The notes beneath the pieces are model-generated. The model was not told the origin of the DNA. It saw only the letters and a list, made by a program, of their open reading frames with translations, and made no database searches. Positions 1 through 14,220 of a DNA stretch of 64,000 nt are shown piece by piece. A program made the translations under genes and the position numbers. Source of the DNA: Vicugna vicugna (lineage: Eukaryota); assembly GCA_013265495.1 (NCBI GenBank), contig MU061579.1, positions 5,640,963 to 5,704,962 of the forward strand, given 5' to 3'. The first letter of the stretch is position 1. Each line of letters starts with the position of its first letter.

Positions 1-43
1 CCCTCTAGTAACTATAAGTTTGTTCTCTATGTATATGAGTCTG
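1..43 (-). mobile_element. L1 3' UTR fragment cut by the window edge
   Basis: ccctctagtaactataagtttgttctctatgtatatgagtctg resembles the L1 3' UTR segments at about 23085-23125 and 53950-53995. Confidence 0.7.
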
Positions 44-49
44 ATAAAG

Positions 50-510
50 AAGTTAGATTCATATTTTAAGTATGATGGGAAGATAGTGGATGATGTTGAA
101 ATAGAGGATAACATGATCTGCTTTACTATTTTTAATAAAGTTACTCTAGATGCTAAATAGGTGATGTACTAAGACAAGAATAGAAGCAAGGAGATCTTTT
201 GGGATGGTTTTCAGTACTTCAGCTGAGAGATGATGGTTTGGAATTATTTGAGAGGATGGAGAGAAGTGGTTGGATTTAGAATATATTTTGACAGTACAGA
301 CAATAAGACTTGCTATAGTCGAGATGTCAGGAGAAAAACAATGGATTCAAGGATGGTTCCCTGGGTTTACCTTGAGCATCTAGGAACACAGGAGTGGCAT
401 ATATGGAGTTGGGGAAATGGGGAAAGGAAGAGCTTTGAGGATGAATGTGAGAATATATCAAGAATTTGGTTTCTGACATCTAAATGTATTGCTATCTATT
501 AGATGTTTAA
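50..510 (-). mobile_element. Old L2 LINE fragment
   Basis: Purine-rich L2-type wording, e.g. catgatctgctttac...agctgagagatgatggtttgg...gagaagtggttggatttagaatatattttg...ggattcaaggatggttccctgg. Confidence 0.7.
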
Positions 511-1679
511 GTCCACTTATGCCAAGTCTCTGTAATTATGGAAATGAGGAACCACAACTGAAGAAACAGAAATCTCAAACTCTAATAGCAAAGACTATTT
601 GATTATTACAGCTGTAACTCTCAGTAATTGACTATTTAAGAATGGTTAGATTGGCCTCAACAAAATTAGTCTATCTAACAATAATTCATTAATTATGACA
701 TCTATATGTACTGTACATTTTAAATACCATTGTAATATTCCTAAAGCACCAAAATAATTCATAAAATATTTATCTGCCCTATATGAAGCTTTAAATATAT
801 TGGTATTATTATATAGATGGGACCTCCTTTGTTCTCAAGGCAGTAAGAACACCAAGCTGATAGTCATATTAAATACACTATATATGATTAAGAATCAGAT
901 AATATAAATATGTCATTTTATAATAATTTATATTTTTCCAAATACTTTTATTCCCTTAATAGCCCTAAGAAGTGAAGGCTAGTATTATTCTCATTCTTAA
1001 CATGATAACAGGTCTATGATGTTGACAGGTGCTGTTTTGTAGCCTGGTGAGTAAGGAGCCAATCCCTCCTGATTTCATCAGGGTGTAGACCTGTCTAGGC
1101 AGCTGATCTTCCCATGGATCCTGTGTGTTCTTTAGACTTAACATTTCAATGTTCTATGAATGTTTAGTCTGTATTAAAAAGGAATCTGAATAAATCATCT
1201 TAATTAAGTTCTTCAGCTACTACAAAAAACTCCAAAATTTTAGAGTTTTTTTATATAAAAATATTTGATATTTAATTTTACAAATATAAAAAATAAGTAA
1301 TATTAAATATTTAACTAAGCATATTCACCCTTAAATTAAAATTCCCCCCGAAATCTAAGTACCAATAAACCTATAAAACAAATGCCAAATCAAATGCAAA
1401 TATCACCCCAGTCCATTGCTAAACAACAGAAGGTGTTTTTATAAACTTGTATATATGTACGTGTATATAATGTAAATTGCATTATAATTTGTGATCTCTG
1501 AATCTGAATCACAATTTTAATTCCTTTTAAATTCAAAACAGTTGGTTTTAATTTTAAAATAGAAAACAGAATATTTCAAATATAGTTATGATATTTTGGT
1601 AGAGTACAAAAGTGGCCAAAAATTCTTATGTTTCACATATTATCACAAGTGAAATGAAACTTTATAGTGCCTCTTGTTA

Positions 1680-2100
1680 AAATGTGAAGACTTTCCCTAC
1701 CCCTTGAATTGGATAAGGTTTTGTCATTTGCTTTGACCAATGGAAAGTAGCCATTTTGACACAGGCAAAAACCTTAAAAGTCTGAGGACTTTGAGGCCTG
1801 CCCTCTTACTAGCTTCTTGAATCCATCTGCCATGTGACAAGTCCAGGCTAGCCTGCTGGATGATTAGTACCACCATTGTTCCAGACAAAATCCATCAAAT
1901 ATAAAACATGTGAATGAGGCCATTCAGGGCAAAGCCAGTCTGTAGCTAACCCAAGTCTGTAGGGAGCCCAGGAGTGAACCCAGGGGAAATCAGCTGAACT
2001 TCAAGAGGAAAAACATCATGCAGATCAATCATGAACGAAAATAAAATGTAAGCGGCACATTTGGGGATCTTTTGTCATGCAGCAAAACTTACCTGGCACT
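1680..2100 (+). mobile_element. MaLR LTR (old MLT1 type)
   Basis: cccttgaatt...ttgctttgaccaatggaa...gccatgtgacaagtccaggctagcctgctgga, ending in the typical tttgggg..ttttgtcatgcagcaa terminus. Confidence 0.75.
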
Positions 2101-4159
2101 GTTTTGTCAGATATTTTAATAGCAATAAGCCAATTAATAGTTTTCAGGTAGTCCTCAAAATTATGTAAGTGTCTCTTTGGTGCTTTGCTGTGGTCTAGCA
2201 TAGAAGCCATCCAGGTGGATTTATGTATCTTTATCTGTCTTACAGACAAGGGAAGATAGAGCACAGCATACTGAATCAGTGTACAAGTGTTCTTAAGTGG
2301 TTTTGTTTGACGGTGCAGCTGTGTTACGAATAATTTTTCCTCTATAATTAAAGAAGTATTTTTAAATATTATTTACAAGTAATTAGGTGTAAAATAGAAA
2401 TTAAAGTTTCCCTTTCTGTCATTTCAGAAAATAAAAGGGGAAAATATAGTTTCACATGAAGTTATCTATGGTTATAATACACTGAGAAATGAAGAGAGGA
2501 GAGAGAAGGGAGGGAGAATGAGTCAAGTTTATATCACACAAGAAGGAAATGATGCTTAATATATATCAATAAATCTTTCCAAGCCTCATCCATTTAACAT
2601 TAATGAACCTAGTTCTTTTCTTTTACCTTTAATTATTTTAACAGTCTTTGCCATATGCAAAATATAGAGAAATTAAAGCATAGGTGACCAGTTGAAAAGA
2701 AACACATACTCAGCAAGAAATGACTATGTTTTTGCAAGACTGCATTTTCAAATATATTCTAATGTGCTTGAGACCTGTAGTAGACGAGAAATATTGAAGT
2801 TAGCTTGTGCTTTAAATTACCTTAAGGTTATCTAGGACATTCTTTGAAGGCAACCTAATAGGACACCGAGTGTTTTGTTAGATCTGCAATAAGCAGTTTT
2901 ATTTTACATCAAACAGAGGTGAGTTTAATAGTTTGACCTAATTTCTTATGAACAGAGCTCTTTGTATAAAAAACTTGAGAAGATTTTGTTCTAGTGTACT
3001 CAAGGACATTAGGAAAATAGCTCCCTGTTAAGGTTTTGCTTTCAGGGGTAAGAGTTGAACTAGTCTAAATGACCTGTTCTTCATAAAATGCCCTTTTAAT
3101 TTGCTGATTTTGCTCCCAAGACATACAAGTCTGCTGATGTACTGATCACTAAGTTCTGTTGGGATAATTATTTCAGAATAATTTCCCTGAGTCGCAAGGC
3201 AGGTCAAAAGGGAAAAAAAAAAAAAAAAGAAAAAAACTTACAAAGTTTAATGCCTAAAGGAAGGGCATTAATTAATGATGTAGGCAAAATTTAAAAGGCA
3301 AGTTAACTCCAAATCGTCGCTATGTTAAAATCATTGCTTACTTCTAAATACTTTATTCTGAGTCCCTGAAGGAAATAATCCCAAAAACATTTAGGATAAA
3401 ATGTTTTATAAACCAACTTACGTGTAAAAATTGGTGCCAGAGAAATATGCTTTATCAATGTGGACAAGTCAGAGTTTGGGATGGACATGTTCAGACTTAA
3501 CATATTTTATTAATTTCTCCCCTTCCCAGTCAAATGTAATGTAGTTCATAGACATAAGTATTTCATCAAAATAATAAGATTTAAAAGAGTCTGAATATCA
3601 CCATTCTGTCTACAGTTTTGTCTGCAGGTAAATTTAGAGATTTGGTTATTAAAACTCATCACATTCAGAATCTCTATATGCCATACAAAACAGAGAGACA
3701 GAATTAACTATCAAATCTATCCCATTTTAATGGAATAAGATGCAAGATTTAAATTGTTTCTGAAAATAAATGAATACACCTTTGCACATATGTGTCACAT
3801 GCCCTTATGAAAATAATCAACAATTTGCAGACCCACTGAATCCAAGTTAAAAGAAAGAGCCTGGACCACTTTATTCCTCTTGTTTTAGTATAGTTATTTC
3901 ATCTTAACAATATCAAGAAGAATGTATCCTGTATTCACAGAGATTAAATAAATGCTGGATTATATATAGAAATGACCAATATTTAATGTATGATAGTTTT
4001 CACATACCTCTCTTGCCATCCAAAAAGTCACATATGCTAATAGTCTTATTCAGATTAAATGATTTATTCAATAATTTGAACTCGTTTTTTAAAGTTCATA
4101 TAAATATGCTGTCCCCAAATTGTTCATATAAAAAGATTTTGGCAATTTACTTTTCCTAT

Positions 4160-4337
4160 AACTGGCCAGATGGTAAATTTGTCCTGTTTTATGGGGCATA
4201 CAATTTGCATAGCAACTCAGCTGCTGTAGCACAGAAATAACCACAGATATTACATTAAAAAAAAATGTGTGTAGCTGTTTTCCAATAAAACTTTATTTAC
4301 AAAAACAAGCAGGTTGGTCCACTTTTGCCAGTCTCTG
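4160..4337. mobile_element. MER58A-like hAT-Charlie MITE
   Basis: ggccagatggtaaat...gcaactcagctgctgtagcacagaaa...gctgttttccaataaaactttatttacaaaaacaagcagg matches the recalled MER58 core. Confidence 0.8.
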
Positions 4338-6884
4338 TTAATGAATATGAGTACCCTTAGAGATGTTAGTTGGATGGTGAAATACGTCTATTTTCAAAAA
4401 AGCCTGGATAATTCAGCAAAATACATCCCTTCTTTGAGTTCTGTCACATATTAGCGTATCAAAAGTTCTAAGATTAGTTTTAAGAAATCTCTCAGAATCT
4501 CTTAAACACAGAATTTTTTCATATTATCGATAACTTGACCCTTTTAAAAACTGGACTTTTTAGCTATTACTGAAATACACAAGTGATGTCAGTAATTCAT
4601 GTTATCAAATCAGCAACTATTGATCATACAATTTTAATAGTAACTTAAAAAATATGTATCAACTGCAGTTCTTACAGAAGTCCATTTCAAGACACCTTGG
4701 GCAAAGGAAAGGAGAAATTATTGAATTACATAATTAAAAAGTTTTCTTCCTAGGTATATGTTTGTACCAAAGTGAAGGAAGAGCTCTGACTAGCAGAACC
4801 TAAGATAAGGTCTTTCCCTGGTGTGGATCAAGGATGGTGACATCACAGGGACTACAAGTACTGTTTCCCCACAGGAAAGACATATTTATCCACGAGTAAG
4901 GGGGTTAACTAAAGTTATAATCATTCCATTCCATTTCCAGACTCATTTTATATCATCCTAGCAATTTTTCAGTAGTAGTTAATATTCATCATGAGATATG
5001 ATAACTAAGATTAAACTTCGTCTTTCAAAAGAGCTACATGAATACCAAAACCTTCCTATAGATTTATTTAAGTCCTAAAGATAATTGTTATTCATTTCTT
5101 TCCAAATATATCTGACTGATACATTCCCACAGGTTAATAGACCTCAGTTTGTGTTAATAGACACCTTGTTTGTTCCTTCTTTTAGCAGAAAATCTATAGT
5201 TTTTATTGTAAAAGTAAAATAAATACACTGTATATATTGAGCCATAAGTATCAATATTAGGTGAGCTAAATGGCTATGAAATAATTTTTTTAAAGGGTGG
5301 TTGAGGACAATTAATTTTACCAAAGGACTTTCAGGTAGTATTATGCAATTTGATTAATTTTACATTGATAATTAAAAACGTTCCTAATGATTTCATGATT
5401 GTCTTCCTAAGATTGGTCAATTTGGTAATAGTGAATTATCCTTTAAATTAAAATTTTAAGAAGGAATCAGTGGGGTATTTGCCAGTGAATTTTAGAAGAG
5501 ACAGGCATAAGCAAATGCCTTCCAACCATGGACACATACAATACAAGGAAGATGTAGAGTGAGAGTCATTAAATAATCAAGAACTGACTGATGAACAATT
5601 GATAATAATGTAAGGTGAATCTGAAAATATAGGAAATACTACCTTTAAACACATTTTGATGTGATTTTAAAGTTTAATCAGTTTAATCATGCAATTCAGT
5701 CCTTATTTTTATAGTTTCTTCCACATAATTTTTAGAACTCCTAGCTTACCAATGGTAACTTTCAATTTACTGTTAGTCTTTAATAGACCAAAAGTTAGAG
5801 GTACTTATTATGCAGAAAAATAATTAAAACCTATGATTTAAATGGACTAAAAGAGACTTCTCAGAGCAAAATGTTATACATAATTACATAAACTAAATTA
5901 AATAACATGTAGCCCCCGAATTTGTAGCAGACACAAATTACTACAAAAAGAAACTATGAATTTCAACTTATGCTATTATTCAAAATCTCCTAGGTAAAGT
6001 TTACAGGCTAAAAGAGTAGTTAATGTAATTAAATATGCCAGAATGTTCGGTAATGAGGCCAGAGATCAAAACTAATCATATGAATTATGAACAGAAAAGA
6101 ACCTGGAGGGCTATGATGATGCGAATATAAAGAATTAAAACTAAAATTACGTGAACTGTGGTTTCCAGAATCAAGGAAAATAAGATGAGAAAAAGAAAAA
6201 TATATGTAGTCATTCTCCAACCATTGATACATTTTAACTCTTTCTTATATATTTTATTCACTCAACTAACTCTTATTTTTATTGTGCACTATTATATGTA
6301 CCCCAAATAACTAAAACACTTAATGAACCAGATCCTGTAGCTTGAACCAGAAAGTCAAGAAACTCAAGGGAGCTGTAACTCAACCCAAGTTTTTCCTAGA
6401 ACGAATGTGTAAAAATTGTAATAGGTTTCTTACTTTATTTTCCACCAAGCAAATGTTTTTAAGAACTCCTCCTCGCCCATCTCAAGTCTTCAAGTCCCTT
6501 GTAAGCAGATGTCACATTTTCCCTTATTAATCAGGGAGTTTTTCCTTCATTTGCTTCTACTTTTTCTTCATACCTGATTTTGGGGGTATCTCCTATATCA
6601 ATATCTTGTAACTAGATTATTTTATATTAATAACTCCTATAAATTGCATCATTGTGAAGGAAGTGGTGGTATTTGTCTGAGCTCCCTGAATGCTATATGT
6701 GGTATGACCACAATTTATTAAAAACCGGGCTGTCAATGATTTCCATCTGAGGACGTCATTGGAAAGGGGCTTTCTGAACAGACATGATTTGTTTGCCAAT
6801 CCAAAACATCCGATTTAATATAGAGTATCTTCTCTAAATAATATTAGTGGAGGGGAGTGTTGACCACTGCTAGGGATTATAATA

Positions 6885-7030
6885 TAAATATTTACTGAGA
6901 AAATACTCTGTCCTGTTTTTCACATAGACAGTTACATTTAATGCCCCCAAATAACTAAGCAAAATGCTTTGATTATGTTAATTTTCCAAATGTGAACTGT
7001 GAGGCTAAGAGTTTGAGAAACTTGACTTGG
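6885..7030 (-). mobile_element. MIR fragment
   Basis: atttactgag...attttccaaatgtgaactgtgaggctaagagtttgagaaacttg, a degenerate MIR core. Confidence 0.5.
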
Positions 7031-9287
7031 AGAGAGGTGAAGGCCTTGGAGGCCTGTGGTGCTTGTGTGATGGTTGGGAGGCTATGGATGATCAGAGCAT
7101 TCCATTTTCATTAATGTGCATAGTCTTTCTATGCAACTGTTAGCACTGATCTAAAGTATCTAAAATCATTTGGGTAAATGTAAGTGTTCTTATGATGGGT
7201 CTGAATTGGAATTTTACCTCAGCCTAAAATTCCTCACAGCTAGTAGGAAAATAAAAGGACTTGCTCACCACTGTTTTGATCAACGTAATATTCTAGAATT
7301 AGAGGAACTGCAATATCATATTACAGGAGGCCACTACTTTCCTATGTTTTTAGTCAACTCCCATTTGCAAACAATGTTGCCCTTCATTTCTATGAGCACT
7401 CAGGTTTCCTGGGTCATGTCCTTGCCCTACATACCACTTCAATTTTACATGGGTTAGCAAAGAACATTTTCCTAAACGTTAGGAAATAGCTGCATCATAT
7501 TCATATTTTTTCTTGTCTGGTTAATATGATATGAATTGTTCACCTTTCAAAATGTTTTATGAGTCTATAAGCCTTTGACCTTTTTATTACATTTTTATTT
7601 TTACACCATCTAGTACAATTAGATTTCCATTGCCCAGCTGTCAATGATCTTCCTCAGTCTAGTCGTAAATCTTGCCCTGTTGAATTCTTCCTGTTCCTGC
7701 TAACCTAGCACGGGAACCGATTCATAGATATTCATTTTCTTCTGAGCACTTATCAATACTTTTCAGATTCTCAGTCCTTTCATGAATTAAGATTTCCTTA
7801 AAATTCTATTTCCTTTGGTGTCAAAATGGTGATCAATTATCTAGTTCATTTTTCCCCTTCAATTTCTGGACTTAAGGATTTTATTATTTCTCTTTCTGGT
7901 ATTTCAATCAAAGACTGAAATCACTCAATTTTAGGGTAATCCATTTTGGATATTGAAAAAGTGTAACTTGTCCAATTTTCTATGAAGAAGGATTATTTTT
8001 GCGTTTGAGCAATTTCCTCTCTTGCTTTAACTCATCTGCTTAGTACCTTGCCTTGGTGCAGTTGCTAGTCACTTTTTTTTTCCCCAATCTAGTGCCTACA
8101 GAAATGCTGGAATTCTGTTTTGTTTTGTTTTTCTTTCCTCAGGTTCCTTAGTTTTACGACAATCATTAGGGAAATAGCATTTTGTAATATTCAATTCAGA
8201 TATTATAAGGTATTATATATATTTAGATATTATAAGTTATATAGTCTTTATTTTTATACAAACAGTAGATATAATATCTGGCTGGGGCATTATTTTGTGT
8301 AGTCACAACCAACTGCAGTTTTCAGTAGACATCTTACTTCTTTATGGCTCAATGATTCTAGTTAAAATTGGTCTAAAACTACTTAATGGCTCTATATTTC
8401 ATAATCCTTGGAAATCTGGGCTCAACTCACCTTTCCAACATTCCTATCCCAAATATTTTCTTATACACTCTAGGATCTTCTCCTCCATGAGTTGAGCCAC
8501 ATCATTGTCTCAGCCTGAAATGTAACCCTCTCCAAGTTTTGGGAGAGGAAATTCTGCTAACAAATTTTAATTGCATATATATTTACTAAAGGAAGTAGTT
8601 TCTTAGTACCTTGGGAGTACTGGTCTTGTGGTGGCTGAGCTTCCACTGCAGGTGTATTATCTTCCAACAGACTCTGTTACAGACTCTGTGTTTTTTACTA
8701 TAGCTGACAGTGTACACGTCTGTCTTCCCAAGAGATTTCAAGTTATCTGTAAATACAGTCTCTCTCTTAATCATCTTGCTTTTCATAGGATAGTTCATTG
8801 GTAGTTCGCATAGCAAGTATTCCATAGAAGCTGAGGTGATAGACATACAGTTTATAATTCCCAGGTAAATTCAACACTTTGGGCAAATAAGAAATTCCTG
8901 ATCCATTTTTGAATAGCCTAGTTTGTGATCATATGCTTTGATATGGAAATGATACCAAACTACCTATAACAGTTGATCTAGAATGTTTCATTGATTAGAT
9001 TTATTTGTGCATTCCTAGAACTACCTGAGCTGTTCTTAAGGTCAGTAGGTATTTGTCATGAAACTTCATGAGTATATTTTTGTTGCTAATTCAGTGGGCC
9101 TGCTGAACATTTCTCCCTATTTGAAGAACTTGCCAGTTATACCGTATAGTCTTGTTCTTTTCTCTATTCCCTTCCTGATGGAGTGGTTAGAGTTAGAAGT
9201 GTGAAATGCACTTGTATGCCACACACTAATCTTAATCTAGTTCTTTTTTTTTTAATTGATTAAAAGGAACCAACCAAGGTGGTGCCA

Positions 9288-9458
9288 GGGAGATGGGTAT
9301 AGCTCAAGTGGTAGAGGGCATGCTTAGCATGCACAAGGTCCTGGGTTCAATCCCCACTATCTCCATTTAAAAAAAAAAACTAATAATAAATAAATAGACC
9401 TAATGACATCCCCCACCCCATCCCAAAAATAAAATAATAAATAAATATTTCTTTAAAA
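9288..9458 (+). mobile_element. tRNA-derived SINE (camelid Vic-1 type, long-tail form)
   Basis: Pol III A box TAGCTCAAGTGG (9300-9311), B box GGTTCAATCCC (9344-9354), tRNA-Ala-like body gcatgcttagcatgcac, then an A-rich / C-rich / (AAAT)n tail. Confidence 0.9.
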
Positions 9459-10949
9459 GAAGCAAAACCTAGTTCTATGAGGAGCAAACAATATTACCCC
9501 CACTGTTCATTCTTGTCTTCATAGTTTTAGGACTGTGTGAGTCAGCTATGGAGTGGAAGAGGGCTGATTGAATATTAAATGTAAAACCTAAACCTCTCAT
9601 TCATTTCCTCTAGTTGTATTTCCCCATAACACGAGACAATGAAGAAATACGTTGGACTTCGGAAGGCAGTTTCAAAGAAGTATGAGGAAGATTTAGTTAG
9701 TTACATTTTGTGAAGGTCAAATTCTGCACAATGTTGTGCAAATTGTACCCCAATTTGTTTTGATGGATTGCACTTGACAATTAATTAGAACCTTATGAAT
9801 AAACATTGAAAGGTAGATTTCATTAAAGAAAACATGGTTCAGCCCTAAAAGCTCTATGCTTTTAGAATAATAACATTGATTACAATAGTTTCCAGACACT
9901 TTGCTCAAAATATTTCACGAAAGTTCAATATAAACACATTGTATTTTAAGTTCTTTATGATGGCTTTTAGATTAAGTTTAAACTGAATAGATATCTATAT
10001 ATATGAATGTATCTGTGTTTTCATATGTGTGTGTATAGATACAGATATTTATTTATATTTCTTTTCAACCCAGATTCTCAATTCTTTGGTTTCCTTACCT
10101 CCCATGGTATCTTCCTTTATTCTACTTCCACAGTTCACTTCATAGTTATCCTAAATTTACTATCACTACTAACTACACCATCACTTAAGATTGGACTTTA
10201 AGCCACTAGCCTGCTACTCTCAAGCTTTTACTCTAGGGTCTCTCATTCCATTTTTTAAAAAAATTTTTTCAAGTCTTCCAGTCTATTAACCTTGAGACTT
10301 TTATAAAACCAACAAAAAAAAATAACAACAATGACAAAAATGATAGCTTCTCTCATTTAAAATCTGTAAGTGCACAATTGCAAGTGAGCACTGAGGAACA
10401 AGGAGTTAAAACTGTTGGCCTGTGATTGTTTGACTTCCTTGGGGAGGTGGGGAAACTGCCTTGAGGCAAAGGAAGAAAAGAGTATGGATCTAGGCTAACA
10501 TCCTTGTTAACTGCACTTCCAGCAAAATAAACTACGGATATTTATTAGAAGGAAGGACCATATCAATAGGATGTTCCCTGCCTAAAGTATATCTTATACT
10601 AAATAATACCTTTGAATCTCTGAGATATGGCTCACTGGATAAAGTCACTTAAGCCATACAATTTTAATAGAAAACAGATATGTTTCATTACCTAAAATTC
10701 TGCCTGTGGTGTGAGGTGACTTACAGACCTAATTAAAAAACCTCCTTTATTATTCTGGGCCAGAGAGTGCATGTCCTGATATGGGAAGACGGAACCTCAG
10801 TAGCTGTCTACAATATCCCAGATCTCTCTCTAGTTCTTCAGACCCTCTGAAATGACTGATGACTTAAAATTATTAGCAGATCTTGATCTCTGATTCAGGT
10901 AATTCTGGTTATGTGATCCTCTGACTTGACTCATACACTCAATGTTTTA

Positions 10950-12400
10950 CAGGAATCTTCCTTCACTTCAATGAGTATGCTTGCTTTCTTACTTTCCAGA
11001 AACAACCATTTTGCACCTTCTCTTCCCTCTTTAAACTTCTAACCCATCGAAGGAAGCTGAAGGCTTTACTTTAAACGTGTTTACAAGAGCTGAGATATAG
11101 TCAAGTGTGAGTTCCATAATCCTCCACATTCAAATTTACCAGCTCACCTGCAGGGGGACTTCACCCTCTCCTCTTCCTCTCTAAAATGAATAACATGTTC
11201 TTGAACTAGTGTAAGGCTGACTCCTCTTTGTACCCTAGATTCACTATATTCTAGTCACTTTAGAATTTTGCTCTGATAATTATTCTCTCTCTTCTACGTG
11301 ATCAAAATTAACTCTTCCTGCTTGTTCATTTCCATTAGCTAACAACATGGTCTATTATTTTCTCAGGCTGTTCTAACATGTACTATATGACCTCTCTTGA
11401 TTTGCTGCTAAGAAGATTTCTGCTCCTGTTCCACACTACCCACTGAAGGAGTTGTCCCAACCAACTCCCTGTAATCTACCTTCAAGCCGCCTCTTAATCC
11501 AGAGCAATCAGACCTCTCACCTCACCACTCCACATCGATCACTGAAATTCATGCTGCAAACTATCCTCTATGCTGTTGCTTCTTGACCTTTTAATAGTGC
11601 CTTACAGAATTGACCTTCCCTGTCTCTTTGAAAAACTTCTTTCCTTTGCCTTTTATGACAATACAGTCTGTTTTCTGTCTGGACCACTCTGTCCCTTTTT
11701 TGTTTCTTTTACTGAATATGTTTTCTGCTTAATCTTAAAATGTGGAGTACCCCAAACCTTGTGCCCTCTTCTTTTCTGTGCTTTTTTCTCCAGAGCTTTC
11801 ATTCAGTGCAGTCAACAAAATTCACATGATAAATATGAAGATGGTTTTACTCCTAAGCTGTGTCCACACTTGTATTTCAATAGCTGATTTATTTCCACTT
11901 GAATATTTGTTAAACAACAACATGCTTAGTTTATCTAAAGTAAGATTGTTGTTGTTGACTCCCAGTTGGTTCCTTTCTCTTCCCAGTAGACTTTACCAGT
12001 AGTCACTCAATGCTCAAGCTGGCATCTGTAATCCCTCTCTTTCTCCCACCAAAGCCGTTGCTCATGCAGTACAGTTCTCTCTGCTGTGAAATCTGACTCA
12101 CCCCTCGCCTGAACCCTAGATTAGCTGGGGACTCCATCTCATCATTAACGTCTTAATTTGTATGTTAACTCTGTTGAGTGTTTTTTCCTGATACCTCTTT
12201 CTCCCATAAGTCTCCTTTCTCGAGTTATAACTTCTTAAATGATGTTATTTTATTTTCTTAAGTAATTATCATCATTGAAATTAGCTTGTATTGATTACCG
12301 TATGTATTTTCTCTTTCCTTACTAATGAGAAGTACTAGAGAAGGGGCCTGGTCTGTTTTGTTCAGGGATATTGTCTGACATATACCTGGTATATAAAAAT
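10950..12400 (+). mobile_element. Degraded L2 LINE fragments
   Basis: Pyrimidine-rich L2 ORF2/3' wording such as cttcttgacctttta..gaccttccctgtctctttgaaaaacttctttcc..ttttatgacaatac and aacaacatgcttagtttatctaaa; L2-like 3' end near 12330-12400. Confidence 0.6.
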
Positions 12401-12699
12401 CACTTTGCAATGAAATGATAATTGCCAAAAAAAATCTAAGTTTGATTTACAGGTCCACCAATCAGTAGGTTCATGACCTTCTACAAGTTACTTAATCATT
12501 GTGAACTTGTTTTCTTATCTGCCAAAATAAACATATCAATACAACTTTGCAGCATATTTACAGAATGCACAATATAGTGCCAAGCACGATGTCTTTTACC
12601 TATAAATCACGCACATATTTCATTTCCTTCCCCTCCCCCTTAGGCAAAGTATGCATAATGTAAATCACTTACTTGAAATATGGATGTAAGTAACTTAGA

Positions 12700-12830
12700 T
12701 TATTAGCTTACATTTAGAGACCTGTGTGAGGCACTGTTGTAAGTGCTTGTCGCACATTAAAACATACATTCTTTGTAATAACCCTATGACATAGATCCTA
12801 TTTTTATCTCTGCTTTACGGATTAAATTTG
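12700..12830 (-). mobile_element. MIR fragment
   Basis: tagcttacatttagagacctgtgtgaggcactgttgtaagtgctt...aataaccctatga..tagat..tattttatctctgctttacggat. Confidence 0.7.
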
Positions 12831-13513
12831 AAGTTTGACTATTATTGAAGTTGGCTTAGCTTTTAAGTGATAGGAGTAGGTTTCCATTTGAGCAGTTTGG
12901 TTCTACAGAAGGTGTTCTTACCTACCATGATATATATACTACTTCTATTTAAACACAAAAAATGTCTGTGCCTCTTCATGCTCAGAGTGTGTGTGTGTGT
13001 GTTTGAAAATGTGTACGTTTGTAAGAGAGAGAAAGGATAAATAAGACTGAAAATTACCAAATTTGTCATTCATACATTTTAAACACATGGTTTCATTTTT
13101 ATACTCCAAATTTTCCAAAAAAAAAAAAATCACTATTTTATGATCCCTCTTATTCACAAAGGGAATAAGACAAGTAGAAATAATAAAATTTCCAGTACTG
13201 TGAATCAGAAGTCACCTGACCAGGTCTTGACATTAGATGCTGTATTCTTGTTTAAATGCTCACATCATTAAACTGCACTTCGTTTTACTACATGAGATGA
13301 AATTAGTGCCAAAACTTAGACACAACATCAAATGATGTGGGGCATTCTGTCTTTAAAACTTTTTAAACTGTTTTAGACTGTGCTTTTTGGTACAAACTAT
13401 AGGCTTTTTAAAACATCAAATTATTTTTTTTCTTATTGAAACAAAATAATACCTAAATTGCCTAAGCAGTTTTATAGACGTAAGTAAATGTGCAAAGGGC
13501 TTCCTGGGGTTGG

Positions 13514-13573
13514 AACTGTGGGATTCCCGTTACAATCAGCGGGGATCATTGACTTTAACGGGAATCATGTGGT
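13514..13573. repeat. Inverted repeat (hairpin), probable core of an ancient palindromic element
   Basis: GATTCCCGTTA (13522-13532) is the exact reverse complement of TAACGGGAATC (13556-13566); the stem extends inward to 17 bp with 2 mismatches. Confidence 0.75.
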
Positions 13574-14067
13574 GAGAGCCTCATGCAACACTTCACAAAA
13601 TTTGAATTAGGGCCTTTTGATTGAAAAAAAAAAAACCAAGAGTCATATTGTACTTTCAAAAATATACTGGGATTCTTTGTACTTTTTATGCATTCATTTC
13701 CTGGATTTACATCTTTTTTTGGACAATTTAAATGAAAGAAAATATAAAAATTAATTTTGTCCCTTTTTCATTAGTGTATGTCTTTATAATCAATAAAGAT
13801 AACAGTGTGGTAAAATCAGTTCCTATTGAAACGGATTAGATATCTTGTCAAAAAATAGCACAGCATACTTTCCTCCCTGAAAGAAGTCACCCAATACAAT
13901 AAAATAAACAAAATCTATTCGTTTAATGAAACGGAGAAAGGTACAACATATAAATCATGAGGTGAAGCTAAATCAGAATGTCAGAATATACATTTTGATA
14001 TACACATCTCACCAGCCTTATATAATGTTCTAGAACTAATTGATGTTCACTGAATGGTCCAACTAAT

Positions 14068-14215
14068 ATAATAGCAAACATTTATGTAAGGCACACATCC
14101 AGTTCTGTGCTAGTTGTTTTAATTCCCATAGCAACTTTGTGAGAAGGGTTTTGTTTTGTTTTTAATACCTTTTGGCAGTGGAAGGAACTGAGGAATTTGC
14201 ACAAGTTTCATGTTA
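14068..14215 (-). mobile_element. MIR fragment
   Basis: ataatagcaaacatttatgtaaggcac...tcccatagcaactttgtgag...ggaactgaggaatttgcacaag. Confidence 0.6.
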
Positions 14216-14220
14216 TACCA

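Noticed and set aside
9288..9366. Possible tRNA-Ala gene (also 28602-28679)
   Set aside because: A-rich tails, a TSD at the second copy and poor acceptor-stem pairing indicate SINEs, not tRNA genes.
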